The translations under genes were made by a program, and so were the position numbers. A stretch of DNA of 64,000 nt. Source: Candidatus Bathyarchaeota archaeon. GTDB taxonomy: Archaea; Thermoproteota; Bathyarchaeia; Bathyarchaeales; Bathycorpusculaceae. The notes under the pieces are model-generated. The model was not told where the DNA came from. It did no database searches and saw nothing but the letters and a program-made list of their open reading frames with translations. This document shows positions 30,361-40,471 of this stretch, piece after piece; the stretch's first letter is position 1, and every line of letters starts with the position of its first letter. The stretch covers positions 64,001 through 128,000 of the forward strand of contig CAWEPZ010000002.1 in the NCBI GenBank assembly GCA_963811105.1. The letters are read 5' to 3'.

Positions 30361-30516
30361 ATAACAACCTGTCCAGATTGCGGTTCAACGCTTGTTGAGG
30401 AAACCATTATGACATCCAAGGGGCAAACTAATAATTCAGGTTCTGCTGATGCACGCCTAATTACATACACGAAAATTCTGAAATGCCCAAAATGCCCGTA
30501 CAGAACGTTTGGCTAA
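30361..30516 (+). CDS. Small zinc-ribbon protein, not in the ORF track; ATA start or pseudogene
   Basis: ITTCPDCGS...KCPKCPY, 51 aa; GGAGG at 30348-30352 is 8 nt before ATA. Confidence 0.5.
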   Translation: MTTCPDCGSTLVEETIMTSKGQTNNSGSADARLITYTKILKCPKCPYRTFG

Positions 30517-30529
30517 GTTGACCTGCACC

Positions 30530-31425
30530 TTACACGCCTATTTCCTGCGAAAGCCCACTTCTAAGTTTAGCAAGATAATCCGCGTATTTCGGGTAGAACC
30601 CATCTGCCTGCTTGAGTAAAGCGGTGTAATGATTTGCCCCAATTTTCTTTAGTACGCGCCCTTCGATAAAATCGGCGACGCTTTCAGGAACGTTGAACCC
30701 TTCGCTAATCATCGTGTCAAACGCGAATTTGCGGAGATATTTTGGAGCTGGGAAACCCGTTTTGTAGGCGTAAGCCGATGCTCCGTTTGCGCTGACTTTA
30801 TCTTTATTCCGCTTAAGAAGTTCACAAGCGTAAGGGGTAAAATATGCCGCATACACTAACTTTGAGCCTCGGAAATATCCTAAAGTGCACCTGCAGAATC
30901 CGTTAACCTCCACTATCTCCGCCGAACCTTTGTTAAACTCACCAATTAAACGCTCAGCTTCCGTAAGCCTTAGCCCCGAATCCAAAAGCAAATTGAAGAA
31001 CGCTTGGTACCTTAGCGGCGCATTATGAATTTTGCTGAGAATACTCAAAATTTCGCTTTCAATGGGCACGTTCAAATCTACGCCCACGTTGTCTTTAGGT
31101 ATCGCTTTCCTGAGTACAGCCAGGTAGCCGATGTCTACGCCTTTTAGCTCGTAGAACCTGAAAAGTGCGGATAACGCGCGGTTGATGTTGTGGTTTTGGC
31201 CGTTGGTTAAGTTGGCGCAGATTTTCACAATATCCATCGGCTCGCGGATGACGGTTATGAAACGTTCCAATTGCCTCAAGATTGCCTTCGAGTATGACGA
31301 ATTCAAATGTTGCGCGCCAAGATATTCCTCGAACTCGCTTTTTTCGAGTCGCCAATCTATAAATAAACTCGAATTAAACCGATTTACGCAATTAGAGCCA
31401 GTAGAGCCTTCCAAGCTAATGATCC
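30530..31425 (-). CDS. SSV1-type tyrosine integrase, C-terminal fragment (intC)
   Basis: SGLRL.E, KYLRKF, FIEGR, HY catalytic Tyr; the frame runs through the att copy (IISLEG). Confidence 0.88.
31405..31425 (+). repeat. attR core, partial tRNA-Gly copy
   Basis: 21-bp copy of the tRNA anticodon region. Confidence 0.88.
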
Positions 31426-32057
31426 GGGGATCTTATGGGGCAAAGCCGCTTTTTCAAATAGTAAACGTTATAAAACCGCTTTTGCGATATCGTCTTCTCG
31501 GTGACTTGCATGCGTAAAGTAATAGTGTTAACAGCGATTTTTCTAATTGCGGTTTGGTTTTTAATGCTTAGTTACCAAATTTTTGTTGAAAAGCTCTAAC
31601 CCCATTAGCGTTAACACTGCAAGAGCCTAATTCTGCTTCTGGTGTCATCCTTAGTTCTAACATTACAGTTGGTGTTTTCGTTTGTTCGTTCGCTGTGGAT
31701 GTTTGTGTTATCTTCCGTAATTTCAAACCTATTGTTTGGTAAACAAAAACGAATTTTCACCCAATTCCTAATCGGCTTAATATTGACGATAACAGGTACT
31801 GCGGCATTTGAAGATTGAAGACTTTTGGCTATGACTTAGCCAATCCAAATACTCTGCTATCCAATTCCTTCGCTCCAAAATATTTGGCAACGCCTATTTT
31901 TCTTTCTTTTATCTTTCCCTGCCCTTCATCTTCATGATATAGTTGACTTACGAGCAATCACAAACAATACAAAAAATAGCTTTTTATGAGCAGACAACCT
32001 TTGAGCGAAAAGGTGAAAAGGCACAAGTACTGTCTAATTTGCAAAGGAGACTTAGAA

Positions 32058-32261
32058 ATGAGCGACGTAGATATGGCGACAATCCAACTTAAAGGTGTAA
32101 AACAATCATTCATGTTGAGTGGAGAGAAGAATTTTAAGACTGGAAGCAAAGGTTTTCACGCCCAAGGAAAAATGCAGGTCGGCGATAAAAACTATCAAAT
32201 AAACATTTTAGCTGTTGAAATTGGTTCGAAGCAAAAAGCGATGGAAGAGAAGAAAAAATAG
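32058..32261 (+). CDS. Small conserved hypothetical protein
   Basis: AGGAG SD before ATG 32058; motif K.FKTGS.GF...GK....K.YQ......IGSK. Confidence 0.65.
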   Translation: MSDVDMATIQLKGVKQSFMLSGEKNFKTGSKGFHAQGKMQVGDKNYQINILAVEIGSKQKAMEEKKK

Positions 32262-32302
32262 CTTCTCCAAGTTTTTTCTTTTAAGACAATAAATAAAGAA
32301 AA

Positions 32303-33037
32303 TTAGGATATTATTTTTGCGCTAATTATGGTTACTGGATTCACTGGTTGGCTGTTTTCGCCTGTATATGAATTTGTGGTCACTTGAGCAATAGAAATAG
32401 CATATACAACGTTTTGTCCTGCGATAACTTGACCGAAAACTGTGTAGACGGAATCAAATTTTGTACCTTGAGCATCTATCGCATTGTTACCGTTGTCTGC
32501 CACGTTTATGAAGAATTGGCTGGTTGCAGAGTTAGGGGCGCTAGTTTTTGCCATGGCTATTGTGTAGGCCACATTGCGGTTGTCCTTTCCTATCTCATCT
32601 GATATAGATGGAACGGTCTGGGTAATTCCTCCGCCTTGAATCATGAAGCCAGCTATTACACGGTGGAAAATCGTGTTGTCATAATACCCTTTCTTAACTA
32701 TGTTAATGAAGTTAGCAGTTGTAATCGGCTTATCATTTCTTAATTGTATTGTTATGTCGCCTGCACTGGTGTGCAAGAGAACTTTGGTTGAAGTGGCAGA
32801 ATATTCACTATTACTGGTTGGAGTTGTTGTCGGTGTTGTAGTTGCAGATGAAGTTGGCGTTGGGGTTGGTGTAGCTGTTGGCGTGTTTGGCGGTTGACTA
32901 CCTATTTGTCCTAACACTACATATCCACTGATAGCAACTATAACTATTATTGCTATTATGCCTATTGCAAGCCACAGATTTTTTTTAGATTTAGGCTTTG
33001 ACACTCTACTATTCTTATTAGGAGTCATGCCCTTCAA
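32303..33037 (-). CDS. Membrane-anchored cyclophilin-type peptidyl-prolyl isomerase
   Basis: FHRVI.GFMIQGG, AMAKT...SATSQFFIN, YTVFGQV; N-terminal TM and Pro/Thr linker. Confidence 0.9.
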   Translation of the reverse strand: MKGMTPNKNSRVSKPKSKKNLWLAIGIIAIIVIVAISGYVVLGQIGSQPPNTPTATPTPTPTSSATTTPTTTPTSNSEYSATSTKVLLHTSAGDITIQLRNDKPITTANFINIVKKGYYDNTIFHRVIAGFMIQGGGITQTVPSISDEIGKDNRNVAYTIAMAKTSAPNSATSQFFINVADNGNNAIDAQGTKFDSVYTVFGQVIAGQNVVYAISIAQVTTNSYTGENSQPVNPVTIISAKIIS

Positions 33038-33107
33038 ACTAACATCTATTCATATAAAATTTTCTAAATTACACAGTTAATAACGCAATTGCGGATGGCA
33101 CCAGAAT

Positions 33108-33560
33108 TCAGCTAACTTGCGATGATTTCCGCCTGTTCTGAAGAAAACCTTCAACGGTGAAAACACCCAGCGCCAACCCAGTTATAGCCGTAAATAGAAG
33201 AAAGAAAACTTTGAATTCAAAAGTCTCATATGGAAAGTGAACAATTAAAACAAAGAGCTCAAGAATTAAAATTCCCAAGAAAACAAATGAGTAGCTCCAC
33301 ATCTTCGGTATCAAGTGGCGACCAACCCAAACATAGCCGCTTATGTGAGCCTTGTTTTTTGCAGTGTACTCGCCATACTCGTTTTTTTGCAGGTAGCCAA
33401 GGTCTTCAAGTTTCTGCAGGTGCCTATAAGCTACACTTGGACTGCTAAGGTTCGCAGCTTTCATAACGTCCCTGGGGCCGACCGGTTTGCCTTTCTTGAT
33501 AACCTGTAAGTACACGCTTAATGTGATTCCTTCCAGTTCCTCCATGTTGCCCCTTGTCAC
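33108..33560 (-). CDS. Winged-HTH transcriptional regulator with two C-terminal TM helices
   Basis: G.RDVM....LSSPSVAYRHLQKL..LG, then hydrophobic helices. Confidence 0.72.
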   Translation of the reverse strand: MTRGNMEELEGITLSVYLQVIKKGKPVGPRDVMKAANLSSPSVAYRHLQKLEDLGYLQKNEYGEYTAKNKAHISGYVWVGRHLIPKMWSYSFVFLGILILELFVLIVHFPYETFEFKVFFLLFTAITGLALGVFTVEGFLQNRRKSSQVS

Positions 33561-33820
33561 AGATTAAGCCTCACTGTAAAACGTTAATGTGCAATGTATG
33601 CGTATTAGTCTTACTCAAATTTTCATAGTTCTTAATTGAAATAAGTGTTCTGCAAATGACAAAATAAAAACATCATCGTTCTACCGTTAAGGTTGCAAAC
33701 AGGTTGTCCATTAGATAATTTCTCATTTTAAAATATATATCCTATAAGAGACTTTAGGAAAGTCTTATAAAAGTAATGCAGCTAAAATGAAAGCAAGAAA
33801 TATAGGAGATTAATGAAAGG

Positions 33821-35209
33821 ATGTCTAAACCAAAAGATTATTCATGGATGACTAAAGATAAACTAATGACTTACACCTTTATTGCACTTGTAATTCTTGC
33901 AGTCGTGACTGCTATTTTGTGGTCACCAGTAACTCCATTTGACCCAGTCTCCACCGCCACTACAAATTACATGAACTTAGGATTAACAGTTGCCATAAAC
34001 TGCATCATCGCCGTTGGAATTGCTGTAGGAATTGATGCGCTACTCTTCAAAGTAACATCAGACAGTCCATTGAACACAATGTCCGCTGCCGTCTTCGGCT
34101 TAATCGTAGCACTCTCGTACTCACTGGGTATTCCAGCAATGGCGTCAATTGAAGAATCAATGTTACCGCTGGTTGCCCCTCAATGCTTTCTTTACGTCGC
34201 ATTGATTGCACTCTTAGGCATGGTTGTATTCAAGAAAATTCAGGGCCTAGCTGGCAGAAAATTCCTTAACCCTGCTGCCGCAGCTAAACTACTTGTACTC
34301 ATACCATTCCTGTACGTTCTCTTTCTACCGAAAGACCATGCTGGTGATATTCCAACTCTTGCAACAAAACTTGACTATTCCGGCGCATCTTCGTTCGGAG
34401 CTTGGATGAGATTCTGCTTTAGCAATCCAAACGAAATACACACAATAACATCCGTCAACCTGAAAACTCCAAGTTTTACCGCAACTGATGTTTTCCAAGT
34501 CCTTTTCCTTGATAAGTTCCACGGCTGGACAGGCGGCGCTTCAGCTCTTGCAGTCATTATAGTGGGTGTTGCACTCTTTGTTATTGCCCGCAGATACATT
34601 AAATGGAGAATAACTGCAGCTTACATCGGTACAACCATAATAATGTCATTGATATTCTTCGCAATTTACGGTGGAGATCCGCTACTTCGACTCATGTTTG
34701 AACTCTTCATAGGCAGCTCAATATTCTTGGCGTTCTTCATGGCAACGGATCCAGCGTCAACGCCTCTAACATACATGGGACAAATAATATTTGGAGTTGG
34801 ACTAGCAATAATAACTGTACTGTTGCAAACTTATGCTAACTTCTTTGGAGGTTCACTCGTAGCATTGTTAATAATGAACCTAACCTCGCCGGCACTTGAC
34901 AGGGTTGGCAGAACAAAACCAACAACCGAAAGCAAAGAGCCCAAACTGCCCAAAGCCAAAGCATTTGCTCCTGAAAAAGTCAAAACCTACGAATGCATGA
35001 GATGCGGTGCATGCATGAGAGTCTGCTGCCACAAACTAAGCCCCATATTCATTAAGCAGGCATTTGATAAAATGGACGTCAACAGCATGGTTAATCTTAA
35101 CGCTGACTATTGCACAGGATGCGGACACTGCAGCTACGTTTGCCCCTCAAGAATCGACCTTAAAGGTGCGGTACTAAGATCAAAAGCGATGCTTCGCCAA
35201 CAAGAATAG
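33821..35209 (+). CDS. RnfD/NqrB-like membrane protein fused to an RnfC-like 2x[4Fe-4S] domain
   Basis: FLNPAA, G..GG.SALA, AFFMATDP.S.P, LIMN...P.LD; C-terminal CMRCGAC..VC and CTGCGHCSYVCPS. Confidence 0.8.
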   Translation: MSKPKDYSWMTKDKLMTYTFIALVILAVVTAILWSPVTPFDPVSTATTNYMNLGLTVAINCIIAVGIAVGIDALLFKVTSDSPLNTMSAAVFGLIVALSYSLGIPAMASIEESMLPLVAPQCFLYVALIALLGMVVFKKIQGLAGRKFLNPAAAAKLLVLIPFLYVLFLPKDHAGDIPTLATKLDYSGASSFGAWMRFCFSNPNEIHTITSVNLKTPSFTATDVFQVLFLDKFHGWTGGASALAVIIVGVALFVIARRYIKWRITAAYIGTTIIMSLIFFAIYGGDPLLRLMFELFIGSSIFLAFFMATDPASTPLTYMGQIIFGVGLAIITVLLQTYANFFGGSLVALLIMNLTSPALDRVGRTKPTTESKEPKLPKAKAFAPEKVKTYECMRCGACMRVCCHKLSPIFIKQAFDKMDVNSMVNLNADYCTGCGHCSYVCPSRIDLKGAVLRSKAMLRQQE

Positions 35210-35299
35210 AAGCATCAATTTTCCCCTAACTTTTCTTTCTTTTTTGAAAAAATAGAGTCAGAAGTATTACTTTTAGACCTAAATGAAAAAGAAAATTAC

Positions 35300-36610
35300 T
35301 TATCGATTTCTGAGATCATCGCTTTTTGAAGCGAATTCCCAAACGATGTTGCCTTTCCAAATATCGCCGAGTTTTGTAACTGTGATTTCTTTATCGGTAA
35401 TTTCGATGAGGCCTTTGTCTTTTAGTCTTTGAAGCTTTTCTGGAAAGACATCTTCTGGCAATTTTCCGAATTTCTGTTTAAATTCTACTTTGTCTACTGG
35501 CAATCTCAGGTAGAGCCTTGTCATTACTTTTCTCATCATATCTTCAATAGGTGATTCAGCAAGCCTAGCGATGGGTAATCTGCCTGCGTTAACAGCTGCC
35601 ATGTACTCGTTTATGTCCTCTATGTTTGAGTAGGAAAACCTTTCAAAGTAACCCATAAAGCATCCTGCGCCAGTGGTGAGCTGAGCTGCAAAAGGCCAAC
35701 CCATGAGGCATGATTCCTTAAAATGCCATGGTTCCCTTGAAAAACGATCGTGACCAACTGCTTTGTAACCTGCGTCTGTTAAAAGTCTGTAAGCGTTAAG
35801 ATACATTTGGGTCTCAAATTCTGAGTTTCCCGGTGCAGGCATTTTTCCTTCTTTTATTTGCCTCGCCAGCTGTGTCTCAGGATAAACCTCTAATGCATAG
35901 CAGTCAATTTCTACGTCTAATTCAATGGCTTTTTTGAGAGTGCTCATCCAACTCTCCATTGTTTGCCCTGGAAGATTATACATTAAATCGACGCATACAC
36001 AAACCCCAAGTTTTCGCGCTTTTTTAATCGCTGCAGCCAAATGCTCAGCTGAATCTGGCAAGCAAAGCTTTTTCCTAAGTTCATCGTCGAAGGTTTGTGC
36101 GCCCATGTCCATTTGAAAAACGCCGTAAGCTGCTAATTTATCAATTTTATTTGAGTCAAAGCTCTTGGATGACGCTGTTACTTTGATGAAGTACTCATCA
36201 CTTGTCATAAACCGCTTTTTACAAAAATCTACTAAATCAATTATTTGCTCAGCGCTAAGGATGCTGGGGGTTCCTCCGCCCAGAACTATTTCGTCAAATA
36301 CGCTGGTTTTAATGTATTTTGTTTTAGCGTACATTTCTAATTCTTTTTTAAGAGTTATTAAATACGGCTCTATGTGCGCTTTGCTTGTCGGTGTTGTGGG
36401 GAAATAACAAAAAGAACATTTTGAGTCGCATATGGATACCCACGGCTGCAATTCCATCAATTTGTTAGATGTGTTCTCTGTTGATAAAAACTCAATAAAT
36501 GCCTTGTACATTTCAGGCTTAATATCTGGATAGTCCCTGTAAGTGTAAGGTGGCCAGTTTGACCTTAAATCATAAACAGCTGGTTTCTTTTCAGGAGCCT
36601 GGTTTTTCAT
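35300..36610 (-). CDS. HemN/HemW-like (class C) radical SAM protein
   Basis: CDSKCSFC, GGGTPS, G.QTF, DLMY.LP.QT, HemN_C-like tail. Confidence 0.82.
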   Translation of the reverse strand: MKNQAPEKKPAVYDLRSNWPPYTYRDYPDIKPEMYKAFIEFLSTENTSNKLMELQPWVSICDSKCSFCYFPTTPTSKAHIEPYLITLKKELEMYAKTKYIKTSVFDEIVLGGGTPSILSAEQIIDLVDFCKKRFMTSDEYFIKVTASSKSFDSNKIDKLAAYGVFQMDMGAQTFDDELRKKLCLPDSAEHLAAAIKKARKLGVCVCVDLMYNLPGQTMESWMSTLKKAIELDVEIDCYALEVYPETQLARQIKEGKMPAPGNSEFETQMYLNAYRLLTDAGYKAVGHDRFSREPWHFKESCLMGWPFAAQLTTGAGCFMGYFERFSYSNIEDINEYMAAVNAGRLPIARLAESPIEDMMRKVMTRLYLRLPVDKVEFKQKFGKLPEDVFPEKLQRLKDKGLIEITDKEITVTKLGDIWKGNIVWEFASKSDDLRNR

Positions 36611-36709
36611 CGTTCGCTTTCCTCAAGGTTTACTTTTTAAAAGGTTGATAGCATAATAAAGTTTCTGTTAAAAATGCGTGAATTAAAGAAAAGCGTTTTT
36701 GACCTACAA

Positions 36710-38969
36710 TTAATGGGTAAACAACTTTATGCCCCGTTTTTTGATTCGAATTATCACTAATATAACTACTGCTAAAGCAACAAAACCCAACAACGTAGAT
36801 AGCAAAACTAAAATCGGTTGTGGAGTTAGATTTGGAACCTCATAATTTTGAACTGCTCCGACAGCGTAAATCATTCGGTCATATGAACCAACGTAGACAA
36901 CGCCATTCACAACCGCTGGAGAAGAAACAACTTTGTCACCAGTCAAATAACTCCAAACTAGGTTGCCGCTTGCTTGATTTACCGCGTAGAGGTTGCCGTC
37001 GTATGAACCTACAAAAACCATGCCGCCTGCAACCGCTGGGGAAGAAGCAACATCGCCCTTTGTTTGGTAACTCCACATGTAATTGCCAGTCAAAGCGTCG
37101 ATCGGCGTAAAGTTTCCCGTCATCGGACCCTACGTAGACAACGCCTTCAGCTATTGCTGGAGAAGAAGCCACAGCGCCACCAGTTTTATAATTCCATAAA
37201 CGTTTGCCATTAGTCTCGTTTAAGGCGTAAAGGTTGCCGTCATAGGACCCAAAATATACCTTGCCATCAGCAACGGCAGGCGAAGAACTCACCATGTCAA
37301 GCGTCGTAAAATTCCAAAGTATAGCCCCAGTTGATGCGTTTAAAGCATAGATGTTGCGATCTAAGGAGTCGATGAAAACTCTTCCATCTGCAACCGCAGG
37401 AGAAGAAGTAACAATCATATTGTCCGCAATAAAACTCCAAATTAGCTTGCCTGTTGAAGCATCTAAGGCGTAGGTTTGGTTGTCTTCTGAGCCAACATAG
37501 ATGATGCCGTCAGCCACGGTTGGCGAAGAAACCACTGCGTAGCCTGTTTGATAGCTCCATTTGAAGGCGCCGGTAACCGCATTCAAAGCGTAGATTTTTC
37601 CATCGTATGAGCCCACGTAGGCGGTGTCATTTGTTACAGCAGGTGAAGACAACATAATCATGTTGCCAGCCGTAAAACTCCAAATGACATTGTTGTGTAG
37701 CTCCCAATCGTAGCCAACCATGCCTGTAGAAGCGTTTAAGGCGTAAAGTTTGCCATCATGTGAACCCACATAAACCATCCCATAGGCAACGGTCGGGGAA
37801 GAATCAACTTTACCGCCACTTTCAAACTTCCATTCCAAATTGCCGTTAATGCGGTTTAGAGCGTAAAGTTGGCCATCCCAAGACCCTACATAGACCACGC
37901 CGTCAGCTACGGCTGGACGAGTTATTACCATATCGCCAGTCGCAAAACTCCATTGCAAGTCGCCTGTTTGAGTATTTAAAGCATAAATTTTGTTGCTGTA
38001 CGAACCCACATAAACCATGCCGTTGAAAATGGTTGGGGAGGAAGCGACGCCGTTGCCTGTATTGAACTGCCACTTGAGGCTACCCTCAGCTGAGCTTAGG
38101 GCGTAAACTTTTCCGTCGATGGACCCAACATAAACTACGCCGTCAATTACTGCCGGGGAAGAAAAAATTTCGTTACCAGTTGTGAAATTCCAAATTTCCC
38201 TGCCATTATTGGCGTTTAAAGCGTAAACTTTGTTGTCTAATGACCCAATGTAAACTATGCCGTTAGCGACTGTTGGAGTAGAAACAATATTGTCTCCCGT
38301 TGTGTAATTCCATATTTTATTGCCATTTAAAGCGTCTAAAGCGTAGATTGAATGGTCTAACGAGCCGCAATACAAGATGCCATCTGCTATGGCGGGTGAC
38401 GAAAGCATAATTTGTCCCCCTAGCGCGTAACTCCAGATGAGTTCGCCTGTCAAAGCATTTATTGCGTAGACATTCTTGTCTACAGAGCAAACGTATACTA
38501 TGCCATTTGAGACAATTGGGTCAGAATCTACATAGTAACCAGTCTTATAACTCCAAATTAGGCTGCCAGTTTCCGCGTTTAAAGCATATAATTTGTCATC
38601 TTCTGAACCCACATAAACCACACCGTCCGCAACAGCAGGACAAGAAACCACTCTGCCCCCAGTTGTGTATTTCCAGATTACAGCGCCATTTTTAGCGTTG
38701 AAAGCGTAGATTTTATTGTCATATGAACCCACGTAAACAACGCCGCCATTAACAGTGGGCGAACCCATTTGACCTCCAGTGCTGAATTTCCATAAAGTTT
38801 GGTTAGTGATTGGGGCGGAAGTGTCAGATGCGCCTGTATGTGTTAGGTCATGATGAAACATGGGCCAAGCCTCTTCAGTTGACTGTGCTGAGGAAATACT
38901 GTTCATTAAAAATAGAGGGGTCAAAAATAGCGTCATCAGCGCTAAAGTGAAAATTATTTTGTTTTTCAT
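36710..38969 (-). CDS. Surface protein with 16 PQQ-type beta-propeller repeats, split by a one-base frameshift near 37104
   Basis: Signal peptide, WPMFHHD..HTG, 16 repeats W....G....SSP.V..G.VYVGS.D...YAL; TM and basic tail lie in the second frame. Confidence 0.85.
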
Positions 38970-39109
38970 CTATTTTGCCCCTCTTGAATTAAGATAACAA
39001 CCAACATGTATGCCTATGGTCAATTGTGGGCTTAGCATAATAAAAATTTCTACTAACAGATGTTGATTTGATGTTTTTAATGAAAAGCTGAAAAATTTTG
39101 GAAAGGGAC

Positions 39110-40183
39110 TTATTTCTTGCGTAAGCTTTCAGGAATGTAAGCGCATGCTGGATCTTCACCGTAAATGTCGTTTGTGTATGCGTAAGCTCTGTTTCTGCAA
39201 CCGCCACATATTTCTCTGTATTCGCAGACCCCGCATTTTCCTTTCAGGACACTTCGGTCTCTGAAGCTCGTGAAGTAAGGTGATTTTTGCATTTCTTCCC
39301 ATGTTTGTTTGAGGCTCTTGTCTCTTATGTTTCCCAGCATCATTGCTTCCATAGGACGAAGGTCAGTGTAGAAGCATGGAATTAAGTTGCCGTTTTCCGT
39401 TACGCTGATATATCCACCAAAAGCGAAGTAGGTGCATTTGCCGTGATATTTGCGGTCGTACCATTCTTGGAAGTTAGGAATGTTCCTTTGTTTTACTACC
39501 CGTGCGTAATGTGGGCAATGCACGTGAATGTCAAAAACGCCTTCATACTTAACTGATAAATCCCATATGTGGTTTAATGCTTCCTCGTATTGTTCTGGGG
39601 TTGGAGTTAACTCCATTGTTTCCTTTGCTCTTCCGCTCGGAACCAAATGATTGAACCATACAAAATTGGCATGGTATTTTGCAGCTAACTCGCAAACATG
39701 ATCAAGATGATTATAATTAACAGACGTTATTGCAGCCGCTAAACCGTTAAGGATTTTTCCCGCTGATAATTTTTCGATGGCTGCTAACGCCTTTTGGTAT
39801 GAGCCTTTGCCTCTCAAAATATCGTTAACTTCTTCGGGCCCATCGATGCTAACCGATGTCCATACTTGATTTTTTACTAGATTATCGTAGATTGCCCCGT
39901 CAACAAAGCAGCCGTTTGTCAAAAGACACACGTTGAGACCTTTATTTTTTGCGTATGTGACTATTTCAAATATGTCTTTTCTAAGAAGCGGCTCTCCGCC
40001 TTTTAAGCCAAACCATCTTACCCCAAAATCATAGACCTGATCAACCAGACGTAGGGCTTCTTGTGTGGTCAATTCTTTTGGGGCATGCGCGTCTGTGGCG
40101 TTTACGTTACAGTATTTGCAGCGTGCGTTGCAGGCTCCAGTAGCCCTCCATGAAGTCATAAGTAATGGCCCTTTTTGTGCCAA
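39110..40183 (-). CDS. Radical SAM/SPASM protein (AhbC/AhbD/NirJ-like)
   Basis: CNARCKYC, GGEPL, SPASM C..G.......G...PC and GKCGVCEY...CGGCR.RAY......DP.C. Confidence 0.85.
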   Translation of the reverse strand: MAQKGPLLMTSWRATGACNARCKYCNVNATDAHAPKELTTQEALRLVDQVYDFGVRWFGLKGGEPLLRKDIFEIVTYAKNKGLNVCLLTNGCFVDGAIYDNLVKNQVWTSVSIDGPEEVNDILRGKGSYQKALAAIEKLSAGKILNGLAAAITSVNYNHLDHVCELAAKYHANFVWFNHLVPSGRAKETMELTPTPEQYEEALNHIWDLSVKYEGVFDIHVHCPHYARVVKQRNIPNFQEWYDRKYHGKCTYFAFGGYISVTENGNLIPCFYTDLRPMEAMMLGNIRDKSLKQTWEEMQKSPYFTSFRDRSVLKGKCGVCEYREICGGCRNRAYAYTNDIYGEDPACAYIPESLRKK

Positions 40184-40471
40184 CTAAAATGCACCTTTAC
40201 GCTCAAACATTTTGTCATACCTAGGATTTCGTAGTAAAAAAAGATTGTGCGCTAAGGACTTTAATTGCTCTTTTGGTTGTCCTTGGAAGAAAAGCAAGCG
40301 CCTCTTCTTGAAATTAAGCCAACAAAGATAGCTTTTAGTTATTCAACACAGCACCTTTTCCGTAAGGTTTATAGTGGATACAAAAACATACCAATAAGTT
40401 AGTCACGGGCTTAGCTAGCTCTAATTAGCAAAAATCGACGTGAAATTAGACGTGATCCGCTAAAGGAATGA

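Larger units (their letters stand above)
26526..31425. mobile_element. tRNA-Gly-integrated element (~4.9 kb) with split SSV1-type integrase
   Basis: 21-bp direct repeat AGCCTTCCAAGCTAATGATCC at 26526-26546 and 31405-31425; integrase abuts the right copy. Confidence 0.88.

Noticed and set aside
31450-31950. Possible decayed ORF right of attR
   Set aside because: Only short interrupted frames with no recognisable family
36710-38800. ~120-bp periodic repeats resembling an array
   Set aside because: They are degenerate protein-coding propeller repeats, not CRISPR or non-coding repeats
40380-40470. Possible riboswitch/leader RNA before the amidohydrolase
   Set aside because: Weak pairing and no cobalamin or other riboswitch consensus
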